Shown here one piece after another: positions 9,389-19,900 of a DNA stretch of 64,000 bases. This stretch comes from a virus. The translations under genes were made by a program, and so were the position numbers. Position 1 is the first letter of the stretch; each line of letters begins with the position of its first letter. The notes beneath the pieces are model-generated. The model was not told the origin of the DNA and ran no database searches. It was given only the letters and a program-made list of their open reading frames with translations. The DNA lies in IMG/VR virus record IMGVR_UViG_3300001533_002564, positions 32,001-96,000 of that record, one strand, 5' to 3'.

Positions 9389-11809
9389 ATGACTGACGAA
9401 CTTGATATTAATTTAGATTCTTCTGAAAAAAATGATGTTAGTTTAAATCTTAATTTAAATGAACAATCTAAAAGTGATGATTCTAATTTTCCAGAACACA
9501 TTCCTTTAATACCTATTGATACACAAAGACAACAAGAAAAGGATGATGCAAGAAAATTAGCTAAAAAATTAAAAAAACAAGGAAAGATTCAACCAATTAT
9601 CATCACAAAAACTCGTGGTGTTAAAAAGGTTAGTGAATTAAATTTTACTGAACAAGAAGATGAAATTCTTCGTTGTGCAATGAATCCAATTTATTTCATT
9701 GAAACATATTTAACAATTTTTGACCAAACACAAGGTGTTTCTGGTACAATTGTACCATTTAAATTATTTGACTTTCAAAAAGATTTAATTAAATCATATC
9801 AAAACCATCGATTTGTTGTTGCTAATAAATATCGTCAGGCTGGTGTTAGTACAACAACATGTGCATATATTGCTTGGTATATAATGTTTAATCGAAATAG
9901 ACAAGTTGCAATTGTTGCTGATAAATTAGAAACAGCCACTGGTGAATTAATGAGTGATGTTGTTGATTTTATTGATAGTTGTCCTGCGTGGCTTAGACCT
10001 AAAACTGGTAGAAATACTGAAAAGAATTTAAAAGATACTCAAAAACTTAAAATATATGATAATGATTCAAAATTAGGTGCATTCGCATCTAAAAGTTTAC
10101 GTGGTTATACACCAACATTATTATTTTGGGATGAAACTGCATGGGCAGAAAAAGGAAATGAATTTTGGACAGCAGCTTTACCATCATTAGTTACTGGTGG
10201 TCGTGCAATAATGGTTAGTACGCCTTCAGGACTTGATGCTGTTTTCTACAAAACATTTGATGGTGCAAGAAAAAATGAAAATAATTTCCATGCAGTTGAA
10301 CTTTGGTGGTATAATGACCCAAGATATAATAAAGACTTGGTTTGGTTAAAAAATAAAGGTAAGAAAAATGAAATTACATTAGAAGATAATGGTAGGTCTC
10401 ATGAACAAAGAAAACAATTAGTTGAAGATGGTTGGGAAGCAAGTAACGCTTGGTTTGATATACAAGTGCGTAATGCTAATGGTGATATGCGTAAAGTTGC
10501 ACAAGAGTTATTGTGTGTTTATGGTAATGCATCATTAACTATTAGAAATAAAAAAACTGGTGAAATTGGAAAAATTAGTATTGAAAATTTATATAAAAAA
10601 TTAAAAGAGCAAAACAATTCTTCTGAGTATTTATATAAAAGTAAATTTATGAATAAAATAAAATTATTAAATAAGATATTATCGATTAATATTGAAAAAT
10701 ATAGAATAAAAGGTGGGTTATCAATGTTTAATAAAGATTTTCCAAATTTAATTAATGTAGTTAATGAATATACTAAAGACATGCAAATATGTTCCATGAA
10801 TAAAACATTATATGCAAAATTATTATTTTTAAAAAAATATTATTGTAATATTAACAATATCACAATAAATGATAAAATAATGGTTTTTGATAGAACCATA
10901 GGAGATTTTATTGAAAAATCAGATAACTCAGCAAAAAAATATTGGGATAATATAAATCAAACTATAAAAAACACCAATAAATTTTATACTAAAGAAGAAA
11001 CAATTGAACTCTTAAAAAATGATTATAAAAATTATTTAGGAAAATCAGGTAATAGAAAATTAATTTCCAAAGATATTAATTTATATTGTAGTGTTTATCA
11101 TCACACCAAACACATGGATAATTTAAATAAAAATTTAAATAAATTTTCATATAGATTATTAATTTTAATTAATAATGTTAATATTTATTGTGAAAAACAC
11201 AATAAATTAAAACATTGGAAGTTCAATGCAGATAATGAATTGGTTATCGGGTGTGCACAATGTGAGCCTAAATATCCATCAAAAAATTGGTTTAAATTAA
11301 AATTTGGTGATGATTGGAGAAAGCATTATGAATTTAGAAAAAATAAGGTTAAATTAAATAAAACAAATAGTTTAGAATGGCATATTAATAAATATGGTGA
11401 TGTAGGCATTGAAAAATATGAAAAATATGTTTTAAAAAAAATGAAGACATTAACTAAATTAAAAGCAAATCGATATAGTAAAATTTCTCAAGAATTATTT
11501 TGGGAGTTATATGATTCAATTCCAGATAAAGAAGACACATATTTCCATAATTTAAATCATGAATATGTTATCCGAATACCAAAGAAATATAATCACGAAA
11601 ATATAATAATGATGATAGATTTTAAACATAAAAATAAAATTATTGAATATAATGGAAATTATTGGCATAATAAAGAAAAGAATAATATTAGATATTCAAT
11701 TTTAAGAAAGATGGGTTATCAAATACTAATTATTACATCTGACGATTATAATCGAAATAAAAAACCTAAAGAAATTATCAATAAATGTCTTAAATTTTTA
11801 ACATGTTAA
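9389..11809 (+). CDS. terL: Terminase large subunit N-terminal part (ATPase) + split intein N-fragment + in-frame endonuclease
   Basis: T4 gp17-like motifs KYRQAGVST, LLFWDETAW, VSTPSG; intein starts at C376 (QELL|CVYGN). Confidence 0.9.
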   Translation: MTDELDINLDSSEKNDVSLNLNLNEQSKSDDSNFPEHIPLIPIDTQRQQEKDDARKLAKKLKKQGKIQPIIITKTRGVKKVSELNFTEQEDEILRCAMNPIYFIETYLTIFDQTQGVSGTIVPFKLFDFQKDLIKSYQNHRFVVANKYRQAGVSTTTCAYIAWYIMFNRNRQVAIVADKLETATGELMSDVVDFIDSCPAWLRPKTGRNTEKNLKDTQKLKIYDNDSKLGAFASKSLRGYTPTLLFWDETAWAEKGNEFWTAALPSLVTGGRAIMVSTPSGLDAVFYKTFDGARKNENNFHAVELWWYNDPRYNKDLVWLKNKGKKNEITLEDNGRSHEQRKQLVEDGWEASNAWFDIQVRNANGDMRKVAQELLCVYGNASLTIRNKKTGEIGKISIENLYKKLKEQNNSSEYLYKSKFMNKIKLLNKILSINIEKYRIKGGLSMFNKDFPNLINVVNEYTKDMQICSMNKTLYAKLLFLKKYYCNINNITINDKIMVFDRTIGDFIEKSDNSAKKYWDNINQTIKNTNKFYTKEETIELLKNDYKNYLGKSGNRKLISKDINLYCSVYHHTKHMDNLNKNLNKFSYRLLILINNVNIYCEKHNKLKHWKFNADNELVIGCAQCEPKYPSKNWFKLKFGDDWRKHYEFRKNKVKLNKTNSLEWHINKYGDVGIEKYEKYVLKKMKTLTKLKANRYSKISQELFWELYDSIPDKEDTYFHNLNHEYVIRIPKKYNHENIIMMIDFKHKNKIIEYNGNYWHNKEKNNIRYSILRKMGYQILIITSDDYNRNKKPKEIINKCLKFLTC
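10514..10620 (+). mobile_element. Split intein N-fragment (IntN, about 32-36 aa)
   Basis: CVYGNASLTIRNKKTGEIGKISIENLYKKL = intein block A plus the 'I.I.DLY' motif, resembling the AceL-TerL IntN. Confidence 0.85.
10649..11809 (+). mobile_element. Putative homing endonuclease (Vsr/DUF559-like PD-(D/E)xK C-terminus) between the intein halves
   Basis: In-frame ATG at 10649 with its own GTATTTATA motif at 10627; C-terminal IDF...IIEYNGNYWH...GYQILII; CxxH/CxxC motifs. Confidence 0.7.
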
Positions 11810-12126
11810 TAAATACCGATTTTGAAATATTAAATTCGTCAGGTGAGTTCGTTGATTTTGCAGGTATTAGTAAAACAAAAAAAGATATCGCATATAAGAT
11901 TACTCTTGAAAATGATGATACAATTATTGTTAGTGAAGACCATGTATTTATTGCAGGTAATGTTAATGTTTTTGTTAAATCTATTGTACCTTACGTATCA
12001 TATTTAACTACAACTGATGGTGATTTTTTTGTTAAATCAATTGAGATTGTTGATGGGTGTGATTTTTATGATGTGATTGATACTGAAAATGCTGAATATT
12101 TTGCAAATAATATATTAAATCATAAT
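11803..12126 (+). mobile_element. Split intein C-fragment (IntC, 108 aa)
   Basis: Block B 'VSEDHVF', block F 'FYDV', terminal His-Asn followed by Cys+1 at 12127. Confidence 0.88.
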
Positions 12127-13104
12127 TGTTCTTTCCTTGGTTCAGGTGATAACTTTATTGCTAAAGAATATCTTAAAAGAATTCAAGATAATGAAATTTT
12201 ACCACCAATACGTCAAGAATATGTTGATAATAATATGTGGATTTGGGAAGAACCTGTTGTTGGAGAGAATTATATAATGGCAATGGATGCTTCACCGGGT
12301 CATGGAGAAGATTTTTCAACATTAAATATGTTAAAAACTGTTGAAATTATTGAAGAAAAAGTTATTAATAAAAATGGTAAAATAAAAAAAGTAAAAATTA
12401 AACGACATAAAGTAGAACAGGTCGCTGAATATTATGGTAAAATAAGTCCACAATTACTTGCAGAAATTGCATATCAATATGGTAAAAGATATAATAATGC
12501 ATATGCTGTTATTGATATTACTGGTGGTCATGGTGTCCATACTGTTGAAAAGTTGCTTGAAATTGGTTATGATAATGTGCATCATGCTGAAATAACACAT
12601 AAACCTACTAGAGATAGATTACAAGGTTATATCAAAAAAGGTCAAAAAACTATGTCTGATGGTGCTATATCGGCTGTTGATTTAATTCCCGGGTTTTACA
12701 TCGGTAATAATCGTCCATCAATTTTACTTGAGATGCAAAGAGCAATTCATTTAGAAGATGTTATTATTAGGTCAAGTAGATTATTATCTGAATTAAAAAC
12801 ATTTATTACTGTCCCCGGAAATCGTGTAGCTGATCATAAACGTACATTTCATGATGATAGTATAATGGGTTTGGCAATTGGTTTATTTGTATTAAATTTT
12901 GATATGGCTAAATTCAAACAAAATAGAGGTATTAATGAAAAAATGATTAAAGGCATTCTTACCTTAAATGATATTGATGAAATAGGGAAAAATATAAAAA
13001 ATTTAAAGAAACCAATGTTTGATAGAGATGAAGCAAATCCTCTAAATCCGTATGGTGCAAACTCATGGTTATTTAAAGAAATTAAAGAAACAAATAAAAG
13101 ATAA
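11803..13104 (+). CDS. terL: Split intein C-fragment + terminase large subunit C-terminal nuclease domain
   Basis: First 108 aa end in NNILNHN|CSFLGSG; RNase H-like motifs MAMDASPGHGEDFS and HDDSIM. Confidence 0.9.
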   Translation: MLINTDFEILNSSGEFVDFAGISKTKKDIAYKITLENDDTIIVSEDHVFIAGNVNVFVKSIVPYVSYLTTTDGDFFVKSIEIVDGCDFYDVIDTENAEYFANNILNHNCSFLGSGDNFIAKEYLKRIQDNEILPPIRQEYVDNNMWIWEEPVVGENYIMAMDASPGHGEDFSTLNMLKTVEIIEEKVINKNGKIKKVKIKRHKVEQVAEYYGKISPQLLAEIAYQYGKRYNNAYAVIDITGGHGVHTVEKLLEIGYDNVHHAEITHKPTRDRLQGYIKKGQKTMSDGAISAVDLIPGFYIGNNRPSILLEMQRAIHLEDVIIRSSRLLSELKTFITVPGNRVADHKRTFHDDSIMGLAIGLFVLNFDMAKFKQNRGINEKMIKGILTLNDIDEIGKNIKNLKKPMFDRDEANPLNPYGANSWLFKEIKETNKR

Positions 13105-13175
13105 TTTGTATTTATATTTAACTGACTTTTCCAAAATATTAAAGTATTTATAAAAAACTATAAAAAATTATAAAA

Positions 13176-15161
13176 ATGGCTGCCGAAAAAGAAAATAAAG
13201 GAACAATATACCAACAATTAAATAAGATGTTAAATCTTGATGGTTTTGGTCATCAAGAAGCATCACCAATTGCACCTGTAGCAAGTCCTGATAAATCAAA
13301 GATTGTTATTAAAGGGAATAGTCCTGAAGAAATACATAGAAAAGGATTAGAATTAGAACAAAAACGTGAACTTCAAAGTAAATTTTTCCGTACAACAGAT
13401 AGGGGATTTCAAAAAGCACTTCAATATGAAGCAGCAAGACTTCCAGCATATATTGATTATGAAGGTATGGAGTATTATCCAATAATTAGTAGTGCATTGG
13501 ATTTATTTATGGAAGAAGCAACTAGTATTGGTTTGAACGGTAAAATGATGAATATTTATTGCAATAAAGAAAGAATAAAACTATTATTAGAAGAATTCTT
13601 TTATGATATTGTAAATGTTAATGTTAATTTACCTTTCTGGGTAAGAAATGTTTGTAAATATGGTGATAATTTTGTTTTATTATATGGTGAACGTAAAAAA
13701 GGTATTACTCACGTAAAACAGTTGGTTAATTACGAAATTGAACGATTTGAAAGAATTCAAGACGGTAAACCAATGGTTAAGTTTAAAGAAAGAATGACTG
13801 GTGACGAATTTAATGTATTTGAAATTGCTCATTTTAGACTATTAGGTGATGATAAATATTTACCCTATGGTTCATCATTATTGAATAAGGTGCGTAGAGT
13901 ATTTCGTCAATTAGTAATGGCTGAAGATGCTATGCTTACTTATCGTATTATTCGTGCAGGTGAGAAAAAAGTATTTAAAATTGATGTTGGAAATATTGAT
14001 GAAGACGATATTGAAGATTACATCTATAAAGTTGCAACAACTTTTAAGAAAAAAGCACAAGTACAGCCAAATGATGGTCAAATTGATTATCGTTTTAATA
14101 TATTAGGTAATGATGAAGATTACTTTTTGCCTGTAAGAAATGCCAATACCGAAACAGGTATTGAAACGCTTCCGGGTGCTTCGAATCTTGACCAAATACA
14201 CGATATTGAATATCTTAGAGATAATTTATTTATTGGTCTTGGTATCCCTAAACCATTTTTAAGTTTTCAAGATGCCACTGGTGGTGGAAAAAATATGGCA
14301 CAATACGATATTAGATTTGCAAAAAAAATTAATCGTATTCAACAAGCAATGATTCAGGAACTTAATAAAATGGCGATGGTTCATCTTTATTTATTAGGTT
14401 ATAGTGGTGAAGATTTAAGTAGTTTTTCAATAACATTAACAAATCCTAGTACACAACAAGAATTATTGAAATCAGAATTACTTCGTGATAAAGCACAAAC
14501 ATATACTGAATTAACTCGTGGTGAAGGAGGTATTGCAGCAATGTCACATACAACAGCAAAACGTATGATTTTCAATATGAGCGATAGAGAAATTGTTGAT
14601 GATTTGAAACAACAAAAAATGGAAAAAGTTGTTATGCAGGAATTACAAGATTCTCCAGTTACAATTAAGAAATCTGGTTTATTTACTGATATTGACAAGA
14701 GATTTGGTGAACCTATTGAAGATATGCCACTTACTGGTGATACTCAAGGTGGAATGCCACCAGAAGAAGGTGGTGAAGAAGGTGAAATGCCACCATTAGG
14801 TGGTGGTGCTCCTCCTGCTCCTGTAGGTGGTGAAGAAGGTGAAATGCCACCATTAGGTGGTGGTGCTCCTGTTGGTAGTGGTGCTCCACCTATGATGGAA
14901 AATATGAGCGAAGATGAATACATTAAACAAGTAGAGAAATTAGTTTATGGTAGTCCACAAGAACCTGAAAAAGATAAACAAGTTAAAGAAAAAGAAATAA
15001 TTCAAGAAAATAATAATATTAATGATAAATTAAATAAAGGTGCTGAAAATATGATTAATGAGATTGATATTTTATTAAAATCAACTGAAAGCATTAATAA
15101 AACAGAAAAAATAAACGAAACTCAAGATATTGATATTGAAAATATTGACTTAGAAGAATAA
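13176..15161 (+). CDS. Portal protein (T4 gp20-like)
   Basis: EDAMLTYRIIRAGEKKVFKIDVGN, EDYFLPVR, IETLPGA motifs. Confidence 0.93.
   Translation: MAAEKENKGTIYQQLNKMLNLDGFGHQEASPIAPVASPDKSKIVIKGNSPEEIHRKGLELEQKRELQSKFFRTTDRGFQKALQYEAARLPAYIDYEGMEYYPIISSALDLFMEEATSIGLNGKMMNIYCNKERIKLLLEEFFYDIVNVNVNLPFWVRNVCKYGDNFVLLYGERKKGITHVKQLVNYEIERFERIQDGKPMVKFKERMTGDEFNVFEIAHFRLLGDDKYLPYGSSLLNKVRRVFRQLVMAEDAMLTYRIIRAGEKKVFKIDVGNIDEDDIEDYIYKVATTFKKKAQVQPNDGQIDYRFNILGNDEDYFLPVRNANTETGIETLPGASNLDQIHDIEYLRDNLFIGLGIPKPFLSFQDATGGGKNMAQYDIRFAKKINRIQQAMIQELNKMAMVHLYLLGYSGEDLSSFSITLTNPSTQQELLKSELLRDKAQTYTELTRGEGGIAAMSHTTAKRMIFNMSDREIVDDLKQQKMEKVVMQELQDSPVTIKKSGLFTDIDKRFGEPIEDMPLTGDTQGGMPPEEGGEEGEMPPLGGGAPPAPVGGEEGEMPPLGGGAPVGSGAPPMMENMSEDEYIKQVEKLVYGSPQEPEKDKQVKEKEIIQENNNINDKLNKGAENMINEIDILLKSTESINKTEKINETQDIDIENIDLEE
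14768..14870 (+). repeat. Exact 46-bp direct repeat (14768-14813, 14825-14870) in the portal C-terminal tail
   Basis: Encodes GGEEGEMPPLGGGAP twice. Confidence 0.9.
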
Positions 15162-15241
15162 TTCAAGTATTTATTAATAAATTACATGAAATAAATATTT
15201 GTAATTAATAATAGTATTTATATTAAATCAAATTATATAAT

Positions 15242-16021
15242 ATGAAAAACATCAACATAGGAATTGCTAATATAATAATTTCTAATAAATTAAATGAATC
15301 ATATCTAAATGATAAATTAATTGAAGAATCAAAAAAAATCGCATTTGATTTTTTTGATGTCATAAAAAAATCACCTGTTCTTCAATTAGAATTTAAAGTG
15401 TTTAATAATATTGAAAGTAAACACATAGATAATGATATTTTCGCTAAAGAATATATTGATAATAATATTAAATTATTTGAAGTTTATACTATTGATGAAA
15501 TTATTAAGGAACGTCAAAAATTAAATAAATTCATTAATGAAGATATTCTAAATGAAGATGATGAAAAGGTTCAATTATATAATGCAATTAATAATCTAAT
15601 TGATGAATCATTAAAAACTAATGATGATGTTGATGTTGATAAAATTCATGAATCATTTACATTCGTTTTTAATTATATTAAAACTCCAAAGAAAGCATTA
15701 CTTGAAAATGTTGATGTCGAAGAAATAAATGAAGATGTTATTGAAATTGCTGTTAGTAAATTTAACGAAAAATATGAAAGTCTTGATGAAGGTGATAAAG
15801 AATTATTAAAAACACTAATTAAAGCAAGTACTAAGGAAAAAAAATCATTACTTGAAACTTATAAGAAAGACACACTCAATATTTTAGAAGGAATTGATAA
15901 AGCTAATATTCAAGACAATATTCAGAAAGCAATTGAGAAAATAAAAGAAATGGTTTATAATCAAAAAAATGTTGATGATAATATTATTGGACTCCATGAT
16001 TTGAAGAAGGAATTATTATAA
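15242..16021 (+). CDS. Hypothetical head-associated protein
   Basis: 259 aa helical protein directly after portal; late motifs at 15167 and 15214. Confidence 0.6.
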   Translation: MKNINIGIANIIISNKLNESYLNDKLIEESKKIAFDFFDVIKKSPVLQLEFKVFNNIESKHIDNDIFAKEYIDNNIKLFEVYTIDEIIKERQKLNKFINEDILNEDDEKVQLYNAINNLIDESLKTNDDVDVDKIHESFTFVFNYIKTPKKALLENVDVEEINEDVIEIAVSKFNEKYESLDEGDKELLKTLIKASTKEKKSLLETYKKDTLNILEGIDKANIQDNIQKAIEKIKEMVYNQKNVDDNIIGLHDLKKELL

Positions 16022-16040
16022 ATTAATAAACGTTTTAATA

Positions 16041-16073
16041 AAAAAGGTATGTATTATATTACATACCTTTTTT
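16041..16073. terminator. Bidirectional terminator between convergent genes
   Basis: AAAAAGGTATGTA-loop-TACATACCTTTTTT. Confidence 0.85.
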
Positions 16074-16075
16074 AT

Positions 16076-16915
16076 TTAACCAAGAGTACCAAAAAATTTA
16101 TCGAAATTTTTTGCTCCTTCTTCTGTTATATTAAGTTGTTTATAACCAAATCTATCATATAATAATTTAAATATTTTATATACATAGTTAATGCCTTCAA
16201 GCTCATAGTTTGGTTCATGTCTTTTTGCAGCATTTATCCAAATGGTATATGATGATGATGGTTCATTTAATAAATACGGTCCACGACTGTATCCAAATAA
16301 CGTACAACTTGCTAAATCATCACATTTTTTTGAAATCTCATCCATATATACACACTGTGCTTTAATCATAATTTCAGGATTATCGATAATGTTTTGAAAA
16401 ATTATTATTCTATTTTCTAATCCTTCAGAATTGTTTTGAATGAATGATTTTTTTGATGGAATTTCGTCTGGTTTATATGTGTAATCAATCATACCCTTTG
16501 TAATTGCTTTTATATCACTACCATTCATTCCTTTAAATTTGTTATCAATAATAACATCATAAATTGTTGGATATGTAAATTGACTAATTCCAGATGCGCT
16601 ACTAGGAAATGGAGCATAATTCCATACTTTATATCCTGATTCAATATATGCTTGTGCTGCTATAATATTTGCGTCAACATTATATAATGCAGCATACTTA
16701 TTATACCAATTAATTATTGCTTTAGCAAGTTCATCGTTGGTTTCAATACCACCATTAATATCTGGATTTGAAGTCCAATATCTATCTGGTGATATTGGTG
16801 TTGGAGTAAAAGGTAAAACATAATCATTTTTTCCTTTAAGATTTGAATTACCTTTCCCTTTACATTTTTCTTTAATATGTTCTTCACCTAATGTTGTTAA
16901 TCTTTTATATGGCAT
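16076..16915 (-). CDS. SLT-family lytic transglycosylase, probably virion-associated
   Basis: IIAAQAYIESGY...SASGISQF catalytic motifs; follows the large baseplate gene. Confidence 0.8.
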   Translation of the reverse strand: MPYKRLTTLGEEHIKEKCKGKGNSNLKGKNDYVLPFTPTPISPDRYWTSNPDINGGIETNDELAKAIINWYNKYAALYNVDANIIAAQAYIESGYKVWNYAPFPSSASGISQFTYPTIYDVIIDNKFKGMNGSDIKAITKGMIDYTYKPDEIPSKKSFIQNNSEGLENRIIIFQNIIDNPEIMIKAQCVYMDEISKKCDDLASCTLFGYSRGPYLLNEPSSSYTIWINAAKRHEPNYELEGINYVYKIFKLLYDRFGYKQLNITEEGAKNFDKFFGTLG

Positions 16916-16919
16916 ATTA

Positions 16920-19900
16920 TTAAATTTTTAATGTAATTTCATTTTTATCATCAAAATTATTTGGGTACATTGCCAAATAATGTGTCTGAACATTATTACT
17001 AACAGTAATTTGACTTTGTTCAAAAGCAAGAGTAGCTGCATCTGCTCCGCTTAATCCATTATATCTACTTAAAGCATTTGCTTCTAATACTCTTGGTATT
17101 GGATATTCTAATAATTTTGTACCACTAAAACTTGTTATCATTTTATTTGGAGTTATATCATGTTCAACATTTAAGATAATATATGCCCCATTAAATAATG
17201 GAATATTTTCTAATTGAAAATATTGTGTTGGTTGAATCATTACATTTCCTAATCCAGTAACTGTTGCTTTATATGACCTGTTCTCATATAAATTATAAAG
17301 ATTTTGTCCAATTGGAACTTTAGCATCTGGACTATTATCACTAGCCAATCTTGATAAAATTTGAATACTTTCATTAGTTTCTGGATATTCTTTACTATCA
17401 ATTTTTATATCAGTAAACATTGATTGGTTTTGTTCTCCAAATCTAACTCTAAATGCTCTTACTTGACTCCAAGGAAAATTATCATTTTTTTTAACTTGAT
17501 TAACATTTTCAGTATAACTTTCTTCATCAGTATTTCTTGAAAACCCACTAATATTTGGTTTACTAATATCGATAATCCCATCATTTTGAAAACCATTATT
17601 TGATATTGATGGATAACTTGATGACCCACCAACATACATACATACAAAATGTGTATTTTGAATATCATCATATCCACCATCATGTATTTTAAATGAATCA
17701 ACCCAACTATTTTTTGTTTCAAAATTTAAAAAATTTTGTAATGGAAAAAATTCAAAACCATTTAATGATAATAATTGTGATAACACTGAAAACAGACTAA
17801 TATTAGGGTCTTCTAACATTTCAGTTAAAATTTCACAATTAATGATTGTTTCACCAATTGGGTTCATTCCTCTATCAACAAATGCAAATGAATCAATTAA
17901 ATTTTTATTTTTATAATTAAATGGATATTTTTTATCACTATTTGATTGATTATACAACCATTTATCATTAATATTTTTAAATGAATAATATAATTGATTT
18001 ATAATGTGGTCATTTCCTTTTATTCTTTTTAATTCATCATTTTTATTATCAATCTCATCTTGAATTTCATTAAGATTTTTTTTTAAATTTAAAAAAAAGT
18101 TTTTAAAATATTTTTCATTATATTTTTCATAAACAGAATTTTCTTCATTTAATGATTTAATTGAAGAATAATTAGTTGGGTATGTTTCTACCATCTTAAA
18201 TGTTTGTTCTGAAAAATTAATTATATTTTTTCTTTCAATTAAATTACTTAAAATAGGATTAAAATATATTCCTTTATTACCAATATAATTATATTCATCA
18301 TATTTATTACCTATATTTGAGTCTAATAGATAAAGGTAAATCGAGATTTTACTATTATATTGAATTTCTTTCATTTTTGTTAAGCCTTCAATATCTTTAC
18401 TATCAATATATTTTCCTTTATTTGTAACATTAACAGCGTCATACATATCTTTAATACTTAACACAATACCATTATGAATATTATTTTTATATCTATTATA
18501 TATTAATTTAAATTGTTCTTTATCATAATCAGATAAATACTTATTAACGTCATGTAAATCAGCTAAAACATAGAATCCACGATTTTCAAATTTACTACCA
18601 GTTTTTGTTGTAAAATATTCAAAAATATCATCATCCCATCCATCTTCAATCGCAGTGAGAAGTGCACCAATATATGGTGAATAAAATGCTGGAACTTGAA
18701 ATACTGCTGCATTATTAAAAATTTGAGAATTTAATGAATTTTTATATACATTAAATGGACTAATTGTGTATCCAAAATTAGATAAAATTAATAATCGACT
18801 TAAATTTTGTGTTGTTGAACCAATAATTGTATCAATTATTTCATTATCTAATTTACCAAAAATAGTTGCCCATATTGTAATAATATTATTACCATAATCA
18901 AAAACATTATTTTCATCTAATTGTTTAAATGAAATATTACCAAGATCTCGTGCAATTGTTTGTCTTTCAGAATCAGTACCAGTTCCCGGGAAGTCGGTAT
19001 TTTTTGTTGAGAAATCAAATTTTGGGTCTGGATAAGCATATTTTTCTCTTTCACTATAATAACTTAAGTATTCACCCTCTGCTAAATACCTGCTATAAGT
19101 TTGTACACCACCAATAACGTTTTCATCTCTATCTTTACTCAAGAATGAGTCCGTAACAACATTAGTAACATCTAATATATATATTAAATTTTCTGTTGTA
19201 TATTTAAAATAATATTGAATATCATTTAATTTTAAATATTTAGTATACCAAGCATCAGTACCAAATGTATTTAACCAAGTATTGATTGATGTTTCAGAAG
19301 ATGTATCTCCTTGATAACTTATATTATTAACTTCCAAGTTTACACCCTTAAAATTGGGATTTTTTTTATCAACATAAACATCGCCATCACCAATTTGAAA
19401 ACTTTCTGGTTCATCTGAAAAATCATATATTGTACCATAATCAGTATTTATTTTACCCATTGCAGTATATAAATTATTAATTGATTTAGAATATTTATTA
19501 ACCATATCAGTAAAAAGACCAATGTTTTTTTCAGTAATAAATGACATTAAATTAATTGCTTCGGCTTCAGAATATAAATCAATATTTGCGCTAGCTAATG
19601 AAATATATTCATCATTTATTGGGTAAAATGATTCTGTAAGTGTTCCTTGACTTAAAACATAAAAACGTTCAACTAATTTTTTTAATACTTCATCATGAAT
19701 GTTATCTGTTATTTCTAAGTATGGACTTTTTGATGATGCACCACCAAGTGTTGAATCATATGGAGATATTGGTATCCAATTATTAACATTATCTTCATTT
19801 TTATCGTCTCTAGCAAAATATTGTTGAGTAAAAGTGATTTGGTCACTAAATGCATCAATAAATTTATCAACAAGATTAAGTTCAGGAAAAGGAACTTTTC

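Noticed and set aside
11795-11815. Programmed frameshift or assembly error making a contiguous TerL intein
   Set aside because: No slippery run at the junction; the ATG/stop overlap and the IntN/IntC boundary match known atypically split TerL inteins. Read-level confirmation is still needed
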